Positions 22,901 through 34,900 of a stretch of 47,643 nt of DNA are shown here, in pieces (positions within the stretch are counted from its first letter, which is position 1; each line of letters begins with the position of its first letter). The stretch covers positions 1 through 47,643 of the forward strand of contig DF237068.1 of NCBI GenBank assembly GCA_000708835.1, given 5' to 3'. Below the pieces are notes generated by a model that had not been told where the DNA came from, did no database searches, and saw only the letters and a program-made list of their open reading frames with translations. This stretch comes from Klebsormidium nitens. Lineage: Eukaryota > Plantae > Klebsormidiophyceae. A program made the translations under genes and the position numbers.

Positions 22901-25900
22901 AGCCCGTAAGCCAAAAACTCCCTTCGCAAGCAAGCGGGCATGATTGTTGTTGTGCCCCAGCAATGATGAGTGTCGATTAAGACGGATCATGGGGGCTGAG
23001 TCCCTCATGTGTATTCCTTGATCTCTCCTGATGCCGCACCAGAATCTGGTTCGGATAGCCTGTGACGTTCATTGCTTTGTTTGGCCGATCTATGGATGCC
23101 CATTCTTGGAATTGAGACAAGCTTTTTGAGGATGCGGGTCGCCTCTTAACTCATCTCGTTGCTTTAAGACCTACAATGTCTTCGCAGCGGAGAAAGGACT
23201 TAGAGTAGCGTTGTGGCAGGTAAGTCGTGCGAGGCCGTGCTTTGCACTTTTAACATCACTCTCTAGATTATGCAACCGCTGAAAAAGCCTCTTGTGAGCG
23301 ACGAAGCTAGTTGTCTGCGTACATCAAAAGCCGACTGCCTTGCTTAACTGAGGCTCTGTTCGTTTGGACACAACCTACTATCCTTGAACGGAGTGAGAAC
23401 ATGGGCAGACTCCCTTCCTCTGCGCAAGAGTTTCCTTGCAGAAAGTCTAGATTCGATATCGTCAGGACGCTCACGAGCCCCATCTGCAACTCAACGACAC
23501 TCTCACTCTTCAGCGACTCGTGTGTGCTGTGAGGTTGTTCCTGATTCATTTGGCAATGATGAGGGAATAAGGATAACGATTCATTAGAAGCTCAACCATC
23601 CCGACGACCGCTCTGATTTCCTCCTGATGCACAGTCTGTGTACTCTAGTTCGCGTTCTGATGCGCCTTACTTGGCCAATCACAGGGAACCTTGCGATCAG
23701 TCACAACGGCAGTTCAATCGTTTGCAAGACAAGAGCCACAGCTGGGCTGGGTTTAGTTTGACAGCCTTGTTGCGCTACGTACGATCAGTTGGATAGACGC
23801 CTGTTCTCTTACCCTTGTCTTCTCTTCAAAGATGACTCACTTGGGTTGTTGCTTACAAGAATCCACGATCCGGCGTGGAAACGCCCGTTTGCTTGATTGC
23901 CGCGCTTTAGAATGCCCACCTCGCGCTTCATATGTACCCCTTTAGCAATTTATACGCTTTACTCTTTGAGAGCTGGGAGTCTAATACCTCTGGCTGAAGT
24001 GGCCGTATTGCAACCTTCTGGTGGATGATCACTGAAGAGATGGTTTTTCCATCTGAAGTTGGTTTCTCGCGGCAAAGATTCTGACGAGGATCCGCTCCTG
24101 GGCACTGAGACCCAATTGTCTTCGAGTCATTATATGAAGCCACCGACAGCAAGAATTGTCGTTTCATAACGTATGACCACTGCATATCCTCAGGTATTTC
24201 CTTGAGCTATTATGCTGAACGTGCAAGGTGTTTCTTCGCCATTCAAAAGGGCTGTTTAGTGCGCGCCTTTGGTTTTCAGCCACCTTTGATCTTAGCTTTT
24301 GCTTTAATCCAACAGACATCTGCACGAATCGAAACGAACGCACAGCTACGAAGCAATTCTAGGTTGAACGTCGTCGACTCTCCTTAATTCAGATCTTACT
24401 TGGTTTGTCTGGAAGGTCAGCCGACTGGTTCAGTAAGTTGCTTTTCCGAAACCGTGCTCCTTCCTGTGGGCAAAGATGACCGCGCTTGAGTGTTCTCTCA
24501 ACCGCCTCCAGAGATTTGACGCCCAGTTTGTCCAATTCAGAATGTGATATGTGCGTCGATGAATGCGAGCGGGTCCAGGCGGATGCTTCCTTTGGCCTGC
24601 AATCACCACTTGCAGCCTGACTGTAACGAGCAATAATTGCAGTAATCCCTAAAGGCTCAAATAACCGCCGGTCTAGCTTCCGGGAGTATTTGAAAGTCCT
24701 CTGTCTCTTGCTGTTTCTGTATGGATAGCAGCTCGGGAATACGCATTAGGACAGGCGCATGACCTCAGGCCGGTATCAACTTTTTCTGCCAGCATTCTTG
24801 AGTCATGTTGCATTGTAAGATACGAGGTAACAGGCACGACAAGCGCAGCTAGGAGATGGCGTTACCGTCTCGGCTGGGCGCGAATGTCATCGGCTATGAT
24901 GAGTACAGACTGGGGACTACAAATAGTCCCATACTTCCACTCCTCTCGGGACCCTAATGCCGGGCTCCTTTACCATTACTTAGTACACTTTAGCGTTGTG
25001 GTGCAAATCATTCGTCCTTTTGTGAGTGAAACTGAACGACGTAAAAGGTGCTTCAGTCATGAAGAGAGCCTTCTGTATTCTGCGGCCTCCAACATTATGC
25101 ATCTATTCTGACGCTCTCCACACTGTTCAGACTTTTCCTTTTCCGTGATTGACAAACTGGGACATTGTTGAGGGAAGCCATGACTGTGGTACCAAACAGT
25201 TTCAGATTTGGCAATATCTACGCTTTGCAAGAGCTCATCAACGACTGCAGCCATATGGGGTATTCAGATTCCGCAATTCATATGTAGCGCATCCAATTTT
25301 TGAACCCGCTGAACGCTTCTTTGCAGTTGAGGCGCTGCTTGGTGACCGCGGCCGTTCGGTCGATGCGGAGGAGGGAGGAAGAACGGGACGTCCCCGGCCT
25401 GCTGGCGGTGAGCTGTCGTTTCTGTCGTTTGGCCGCACGAACTTATACAAAATCAAGTGAAAAGCTAGAGCTTATACGAACTTGAGTTCAGGTGCGGTCT
25501 ATTATACGCTCCCAGTTTACGGGTTGGCTCCAGGTTCACGCTCCTGCATTGCCTTGGATTGATGCTTAAGAAAGGGAGTCAAGACTGTCGTGGCCGAATG
25601 TGCTCTCGCAACGTGTCATGAATTGTCAGAGATCGTGAGGGTTTTGTAGATCGAAAGCGAAAGACGTCGCTGATGCATGTTAGGGCCTTAGTCTTTTGAA
25701 TTTGGTTTGTGTATGAGCAGGCAGTCCGTGCCGGCTCTGACTGGAGCAACCGATAACCTCTGGTCGGCTAACATCGTGCGGATCGATGCGACGATCGGTC
25801 AGTCGAGAGCTGCTCCGCCTGCAGCACGCGAGGATTGACCGCAAAGAGACCGCTGACGTCACCCCATCGAACCTATTCAAGCCGTTGGTAGATGTTTCTA

Positions 25901-28900
25901 AAAGCCCGTTTTTCCTCCTTAAAGTCTGATGAGCTCTTGCTGACGCGTCGGTGCTCCGTTTCTCAGGTGAAGAACACTGCAAACACGGGTCTGATACGGC
26001 ATGCGGGGAAGCTGTTCGCGATGTGGGAGGGGGGGCATCCGTACGTGGTAGACGAGGCTCTTGAAACAAAAGTAGGTTCTTACTTCTGGTCCATTTAGCA
26101 CTTGTGCCGAGATTATCAGCTTGGCTTTAGCGACTTGCATTCCTGTCCGTCCGGGAACGCGCGAAGTTGTCTTGTTGAAACCGCTCCAACAGAACTTTAC
26201 CGGAGGATGTTGTCCTTTGAGATCCCGTCTGAAAATGGGCAAAGAAGGATCCTGAAGACGGTTTGGCAAAGATGTGGCTCAGATATGATCAGTTCAAGAG
26301 CCATCTGATCCGTTTGATAACCAAGTTTTGTCTTTGGATCGGGCCCTGACGAGATACCCAACGAAACAGCGGTGAGCTCGACTTGCCAGAGGGGTCTTGA
26401 ATTGTCGGCTCGGATGCCCAGACAATCCAACTGTCTTGGGCGTTTTTATTCTTTTGAAAGTTCTTTCTTTGGAAAATCCCTAGCCATTAAAAAAAAAATG
26501 ATTTGATTCTTTGTTTTTTCTGCTTATTCGAACACTTTGTTAAAAAAAAACTCTTTTTTAACTTCTTTCCACTCCCCTTGGGGGAGAGCGACTTCGTTCC
26601 ACCTCAAACGAATTGGTGAGCTCCTCGTTGGGGGGGACTCCTAGGTTGCACCTCTTTCTTGTTAGGTTATTTTCTGTATACTGCTGGACACAGTCTACCC
26701 CTATACTCTCAAGCGAAATCACCGCAATGGCAACCATTGACTACCGTTTCCGGCTTCACCGTATGTAAGAAAGCAAGTATTTTTTGGATTATGCTCGGGT
26801 TTGTTCGCAATCCGGATCTCATGTGCGCTTTCTCGGAACACGGACCTAAGGGAGACGCGCTTGACACTACTTCGCGATTTGCAGGGCCCCACCACCTTCG
26901 ACGGCCGGCTGGTGTCATCTTTTTCCGCACACCCGAAGCTGGACCCGCAGACCGGGGAGCTGATCTACTTCGGCTACAGCCTCGTCGCGCGGCCGTACCT
27001 GTCTTACGGAGTCATCAGCAAGGAGGGCGAGATCGTGCATCAAGCAGACATTGACCTGCCTAACCCTGTCATGGTGAGGGTTGAGGAACCTAACCCCAAT
27101 TATTCTGGGGTTTGATGTTTGGCTTTTAGGCTGTCCCAACGAGTCATCAGCAAGGAGGGAAATGATGTGCAACAAGCGGATATCGACCAAATCCGGTCAT
27201 GGTGAGGGTTAAGGAATCTAACCCTAAATCTTCTGGAGTTTTGGTGGTATGGGTTCAAGCTTGTCGAACGGGTTGATCAGGAAGGAGGGAGAGATGGTGC
27301 ATCAGGCGGCCATCGACCTGCCGAACCCGGTCATATCAGGGTCAGAGGGAGTCCGTTCTTCCCTAGTCTTATGACGGCGGAGTTACATAAAAGCTTGTTC
27401 CGTTTCGAAAGTAAAGTTTATTGGAGAAAAATCTGATGTTCAAGAACCAGGAAGATCTCTTCTTGGACTCCGCATTTCAGGGTTTATTGCTGGGTTTTCC
27501 GCTCAACCAAGTGACAAAGGGATATAGGAAGACGAGTTTGTCACTCGTCTAAAAGTGCGAAAGCCGTCTTCCGACCACTTGTTCACGCCTCTGGTTATGC
27601 CCCAATAACGATTGGTGCCCACAAACGCCTTTAACCCAGTAACACAGCAGATTTCAATGTAGCCTATCTGGAACCTAGCAAGTCCTTCTCATACCATTTT
27701 GCCTTATTTGATATATGCAACATCATCCAAGCGGTGGCTCCCTCTTGTCGATTGCTTTACTCATGGCGCCTTCGTTCGAGCCTCCCCTTCAATCCTCCTC
27801 TGCCCCTACAGAACTCCTCGGAAGGTTCGCTGTCCGCTGTAGATCACTGGAGCGCTTCGCTCTCCCAAGGACCTCCTCCCCAAAACAAGTTTCGTCGCTC
27901 TAACCTACATTGAAATAAGAACGGCATCCGCCGCTGGCTGCCTCCCTTGATTACTGAAACCTCCAACATTCCTTCTCGCTCTGTGGTACTAGAACGGTCC
28001 GCTTAGCATGCTTCTGATTTGCAGATGCACGACTTTGCCATCACGGAGCATTACTCCCTCTTCCTGGACTTCCCGTTCGTGTTCAACCCGCGGCGCTTGA
28101 TGGAGGTGGCCAACGGCAAGCGGCAGAAGCCCTTCGTCTTCGATGGGGTAAGGGCACCCGTTTCCTAAGATTTTACCACTATTAACCAAGGCCTCCGAGA
28201 AGAAGAATGCGGCATATGATCGGAGGTGGATGTTTGAGTGGTGGTAAGCACGCGGTTGTGAGATTTACAAGGATCTGGGATCTCACTTTGACCTGCCCTG
28301 ACTCACGATTTCGAGGCCCCGCCGCTCACCGGCGCACTCTTACTGTGCCTCCTGACGTCAGCTATGTAGGCCTTGCCGCCGGAGACTTGTGACGTCAGCC
28401 TTTGCAAAACGTTGATCCTTTTGCACCTGGGCCACTGAGAGACGTGCAGAAGCGCGGCTCAAAGATAATTACGTACCTGTGCAAAGCGTATCGTCCCGCC
28501 CTCTCCAGGAAGCAGATAATCGTAACTGACGTCGCTCCCCGGTACTAGCTGACGTCACTGTCGCTTCTATAGATGGTCGGCGGCCGCATTGGCGTCCTGC
28601 CNNNNNNNNNNNNNNNNNNNNNNNNNNNNNNNNNNNNNNNNNNNNNNNNNNNNNNNNNNNNNNNNNNNNNNNNNNNNNNNNNNNNNNNNNNNNNNNNNNN
28701 NNNNNNNNNNNNNNNNNNNNNNNNNNNNNNNNNNNNNNNNNNNNNNNNNNNNNNNNNNNNNNNNNNNNNNNNNNNNNNNNNNNNNNNNNNNNNNNNNNNN
28801 NNNNNNNNNNNNNNNNNNNNNNNNNNNNNNNNNNNNNNNNNNNNNNNNNNNNNNNNNNNNNNNNNNNNNNNNNNNNNNNNNNNNNNNNNNNNNNNNNNNN

Positions 28901-31900
28901 NNNNNNNNNNNNNNNNNNNNNNNNNNNNNNNNNNNNNNNNNNNNNNNNNNNNNNNNNNNNNNNNNNNNNNNNNNNNNNNNNNNNNNNNNNNNNNNNNNNN
29001 NNNNNNNNNNNNNNNNNNNNNNNNNNNNNNNNNNNNNNNNNNNNNNNNNNNNNNNNNNNNNNNNNNNNNNNNNNNNNNNNNNNNNNNNNNNNNNNNNNNN
29101 NNNNNNNNNNNNNNNNNNNNNNNNNNNNNNNNNNNNNNNNNNNNNNNNNNNNNNNNNNNNNNNNNNNGCTTCGGCACCGCGCGCGACCTGCGCTGGTTCA
29201 GCGTGGGCCCCGGAATGGTGCTGCACGTTCTCAACGCCTTTGAGGAACCGACGGGAATCGACGACACTTTCCTGAACGGGGCCCTTTCTTCTTTCGCGAC
29301 CGGATCGTACGGTGGGAAACCGGCTGCCGTCTCATCTGACGGTGGCGATTTGGTTTCGAGCGACACCTTCCTCAACGGGGCCCTTTCTTTTGCCCAAGCT
29401 TCTGCGAGCGCACCGGGCGGTCGGGAAGTGAATCCCGGCTCATCTGACGGCGGGAAACCTTTCTGTAGAGCCGGCGATGTGGGCGCCAGCGGATCCAACG
29501 GCAAAGAACCGGGGTTCCGTCTATCTGACGGTCAGGAATTGAGTGGACTCGCATCGGACGGCGAGCAGAGTTCGGCGAATGCGGAAGGGCGGGTCCGACG
29601 GCCGGTGATCGTCCTCCGCGCGATGCACTACGACACGTTCACCGGGCTGGGGCTCGCTGACGTCAGCGGGGGAGCTGCCACGTGTCCCGAGAACGCGTAC
29701 CTGCACGAGTACCGGCTGGACCTGGAGACCGGGGGCGTCGAGGAGCGGCGTATCAGTGACGTAAGCAACGGGAGCCGGCTTCCATTGTCTTGGTTCTTTT
29801 CATGCTCTTCTTGTTTGACAGCCGGTCTTGGCTCCGTTTTGTGTGGTTTGATTTTCTTCTGCCTTTCTTTTGAGTTGGAGTATTTGGACTGCTTTTTCTA
29901 AACTCGTCAGCTGTACGGCTGTGATTGCAAGGTACTCGCGGGCAGCGCCCATAAGCTCTTTCGCTTTCTCTTGATGCCCAGCTGAGAGCATCTTCCGTTT
30001 AGCCTGCGTTTTTCTTTTCTGGGTCCTTTAAAAGCACGCCGAAACACCTCAAAAACACACGTCCTTCTCGACCAATCAAGCTTCTCTCTACGCCATTTTA
30101 TTTCTGGTATTCTTCCACTGAAGTCCCTGCAGCCTGCAGCTTTCGTTTAATAATGATAGTAAGAAGCCTCTGGTATTTCAGCCCTTCATCCTTTTACCGT
30201 GCAAAGGCAGGGCGACTGCAAGTTGATCGGAGGCTATAGGCGATACACACTTCAGAGTGACTCCTCGAAGGGTGTGCAAAACCCTGGTCATCCCGTCATG
30301 AAATCTGGATTTCTTCTGAAGTAACAAAGTCAGTCAAAGTGTGGTCGCGCAGCAAATAACGTTCTTCTTCTTGATTTCGAACTGAAATATTAGTGGCTAA
30401 GACACGATTGCCGGGCGCCGTTTGTTTAAGCGAACGATTGCTCCCAGACCCTCGAGAACGTTCATCGAGGGTACTGACTTGGGAGAACGGGCTTTGCAAT
30501 TTTCTGCGGTTTCTCCTTCCTATGAAGGAACTTGAAAGAAGGATGTTCTCTTGGAATTCCTCGTGCACGGTATATCCGCTTCAACTAGTCTCCCAGAAAA
30601 AGAGAACAGGTGCGCGGTCCCGTTTTTATATTGATTGTTTTTTGACGGCACTGATATCGAGAGGGGGTCGTCGGCAAGCACTTTGCCACGCACGTTTCGA
30701 AAATCCCATTGATGCCACTGCAATGTCTGCGCAGTTGAAGCTTTTCCGGCTCTTACCAACCACGTGCGCCGACTTGAAAAGATAGTCTGTCCTGGATTAG
30801 GCGCTCCCTTCGCATGCAAATCCATGAGTCCCAGTCTTTTGCTGCCTTTAGATTCTGCTACGCGTACATCAGGAAAGTACGCTTTTGCATTTGCTTCTAA
30901 GGAATCAAACACACCCGTGCAGAATCAGAAAGAGAAAGAAAGAGGGATAGTTGGCTCGGATCCGCTCGATATACTGGCACCCCTGTGCCCAGGAATCTTT
31001 CTATATCGTAGTAAGCCTGACGCCACAATTGTTTTCCATACCAGGTCAAATTCTCACGGTTGCTGTCACAGCCCAATTTGTTCCATTGTTACGGATTGTA
31101 GCTCGATACCTTGACAATTCGCACTCTTTCGGATCCTGTAAAAGCAAAAGTGTGAAGTTCCGCTTCTAAAGTCAAGGATCGTGCTCTGGCCAAGCTCATA
31201 GCTTGCCTTTCTGCACTGCATATATCTATCTCCTCAATCCGCTCCAGGGCGGTGCTAATGAGGAACCTGTTCCATGCATACGCCCAATGCCTTGCTTCGT
31301 TCCTAGGAGTCTGCTTTGGTGTAAGCCCTGACGTCTGGCATCACTTTGAGAGCATCACTCCATGTTACTTTTGCCGATCACAGTGCTTGCGAGATACTCG
31401 GATTGGCACCAGATATGTTGAATCCGGAGCATTGAGCGAACTTTTGTCATATCAGGACGGTCTCATTCTGAAGCACCGACGTGCGACTGGGTGTCAAAGT
31501 CAAGCCTGGGACTTTGTTTCCAAGCTGCTAGTTTGGAATTACTTTTCTACTCTTTGAATCCTTTCATCCGGACAAGTGCGCGCTGTGGCTGTGATGCGGT
31601 CACATTGGGCAGTTCGTGCTCAAGTACCCTTCGTTGTTCAGTCTGAGGCTGACAGCCGCGAAGTTAGCGTCTGAATTGACTGTTCTCAAGATTGTAAGTG
31701 AAGATTTGGATCTTGCTGCTGAGCTGTTGAGCTGCTTCCTCACTGCCAGAAAAGATCCGACACCTCTCAAAAACGTCGTTCAAAGTGAGACATTGCCGTT
31801 GGAATTGCACGAAGTTGATCTTTGACAGCCTAATCTAAGCATGAGCGTTCTTGACAGCTCCCTCTTTTTCACTTAGCTTTTGGCCGTCACTGACGAGAAC

Positions 31901-34900
31901 GCCATTAACGGCAGCGTACATGACCTAAGCCGTCGGCATACACAACAATCCTTCAAGCGAGCACAGGGTTTAAGCGGCTATGAAGGCGGTAACTAGAGAT
32001 GGGCAACAGCCCATCTGTGTCGTATTGATCGATACTTTGTACTGATGCCGATCCTGTTTTGGCTCTATGTGACAGTGCAAAAGCACGCGTCCGGTTTGCG
32101 GGACCAATATGCACAAACGTTCCACTTTGGGGTACTCCTAGAGTCACGGGCAGAATGGAATACTTCATCTTAAACCTCCGGTGACTCTAGAGTCCTTCGG
32201 TAAGAATAGCGGCAGGATCGCGGCCGGCTGTTACTTGCTTATGTCGACGTACGAGTTGAGGGCTGTGAAACTACAAACCTCAAAACGGCCGTACACGGCC
32301 AGAGGAGGATTGAGGCTCCTGACGCCCTTCATTTGACACAGGCATTGGGTACCGTCATCACCTCTATAATGAATCACGTTTTACCGCCAGAATTCAATCT
32401 TTAAACGCCATTGAAGAATGAGGAGATTGTTCCCTGTGGGCTTGAAAGTGAGCCTGTCTTGGAGTCCGCCCTCAAAACACAGATCAGCCAGTTTTATTTG
32501 ACGTCGGTCCGCGCTGCACAGCAGTGTTTTGCGCCGTTCTTACAAGCAGGGCAAAGCCACGGCCCTTCTTGTACTGCCTGCCGTTTCGATCCGCGTTGAA
32601 AGCTCCAAACTTTTCGGACTACCCCTTTTCCGCAAGGCCTTTCAGATTCCCAGTTAGGGATATTAACCCTGCAATCTGACTTTGACGTGATACTCTGTCG
32701 AGCGTGAGCCGTCTCTTGGCATTTGAGGGCCGTGATAGCATCTACTTGCGCACGCCGCCATATCTGCTCGTTTGGCTGAATCTTTTGGCTGAATCTGAGG
32801 CCCGTCTAAAGTGTTTCCGTCTGTAAGTATAGGACCTGCGCAAGGGCGCGGCTGCTGACGTAGTTCACTCCAACCACCCGTGATCGATTGCAGAATTATG
32901 CTTCTGGATCTAACCTGACATCCTTTGTCTCTTCGGCTTTGTCTTTCCGAGTTGCATTTGTTCGTTCTGAATCCCCACAAGGTGCTCGATAAGGAGGACT
33001 TTGAGATCGATACGAGGTTCTTTTCCATTTTTTTGTCTTTCTTTGGGTGTTTGCCAACCCTTTTTGGATTGGCGCTGATTGCGGACGCACTGGGCAGCGT
33101 GTGCTTCACTTTTTCTCTCTTCGATTCGATGTCAGATCCGCCGTCAGAATTTTACAGCCGCGAAGTTTTCTGATCCCTGTGACCAGGCTAGTTCGACAAG
33201 AGGGTCTTGTATTTCATCTTTGTAGCCTTCTCGTTCAGACCGGTAGGTGCATTCTTTTTGAAAGTCCTTCCCACAACCGACTTGCTCTTAATATTTTCTG
33301 GAAGAGTTGCTTTTCATTGCTCTACCGCTCATAATGCATTTACACCGGCTTTCATTTGCTTAGCGCGTCTCAAAGCATAAGTGATCTGACAGCGCGCCGT
33401 TCTACCCTATCGTCGAAGCTGTGATAGAGAACGAGCAGTCAACAATGCAGCAATCTTAGAAAACCACCATTCTGCAACACCATTTTTGAAACAAATGCTC
33501 AAGGCGGCTATGAAATCAGCAAAAGGTGGGCAATGGCCCACTGTCGGAGCTTGTAAATTTATCGATGCCGAATGCTTTCCAGAGGTGTTTTGAAAAGCGG
33601 ATCAATAACACGCGCCAGCGTTCTCCGATGGTACAAACGGAAAGATCGACAAATGTTCGAAAGCCTAATTTGGAAGCCCGTCCTTTATCCATTTGTTCAA
33701 AGCTTCTATCGCCCTTTCAAATTGGGACAAGGGTGACTGGTGATTCACTTGCCTTTGACACCACTTGCGGCTGTGATTGAAAAAGACGCATGTTGGCCGT
33801 ACATGGCCATTCATGAATCTGAACTTTTCCGACGCTCCTACCGGTTTCATAGATCTGACAGAGCTATCTGACAGACTGAGTAAGGCGATCAGAACATACA
33901 CACGACCAGACCCATTGCAATCACGCGCCGTCGCGTAAGAATTCGTGAGCTGCGATGCAAGTCCGCGTCGCAATTGAGTGGAGCACAAAACGTTACCCTG
34001 GTGTGCCGTACTTGAAGCAACCTTAGTCTGCGGGCCCTCATGTCTCTCCCTTCCACTCGGATCCCACAGTAATCTCTTTCGGCTTCTCGATCTCCAGTTT
34101 CCAGTCGTGTAACTCAAGATTGTATCGGTGCACTTCCCGGCCTCGGTTCGCTAAGCGCAACCGCTTTTGGTTTCGAAAGGCCGTGATGGTTCCGGATTGG
34201 CGCGCATTGCTGGGATAGCCACTTTGCCTCGTTGGACTGGATCTGAGGGGCCGTTCCAGCCGTTTTCGTCGGACCAGATTCACGCTTCTACGTTCCCTTT
34301 TTTGCTCCTCTGACTCTGGTTGGTTGCTGGTTTTCCTCATTCTTGTTTCGCAGTTCTTGCATACTCCTCGCTTTTCGTTTTTGAGGCCTCTTTCTGCTGA
34401 AACCGAGTGGTGCGGCGCTCAAATGGAGGGCATTTGGCGCTGACCAATGTTTGTATTATCTGCTCGTCAGCTCCGTCCTTGACTCCGAATCTCTGATGCA
34501 CTGGCCATTCAGCGTGACCGGGTACAAGCCCCTTCGGGTCTAAGGGTACTTTCATGAAATCACCATTCGAGGAAGGCGTGTTCTCCTCAAACCTTCCCGC
34601 AGCTAGTGCTAATGTCCGCTGTTTTTTGGACGAGTCTGAGAGGCTTGTCTCTACCGTGTCGTTTGCGATTGGTTGGGAATGAGTGCGTCTCACATCGGAG
34701 TCTGCCGAGTACTGAATGCCCGGCAGCAATGTATGTTCAAGCGTGACTTTGATGCTCTCAATCAAATGGGCACATGTGCCCATTAACGCCGGTTGGCGAG
34801 GTCCTTCCCTTTCTGACCCGATGCTAAGATCTTCCCTTGCTGCAATGTGAGGTCTCCGGTGTTGGCACCCCAGTCTTGCCGCCGCAGCGGAAATACCGTG

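Noticed and set aside
28545-29504. Long ORFs of 219-319 aa across 28.5-29.5 kb in other frames
   Set aside because: Their length comes from the N run; only the + frame starting at 28573 has CCD motifs.
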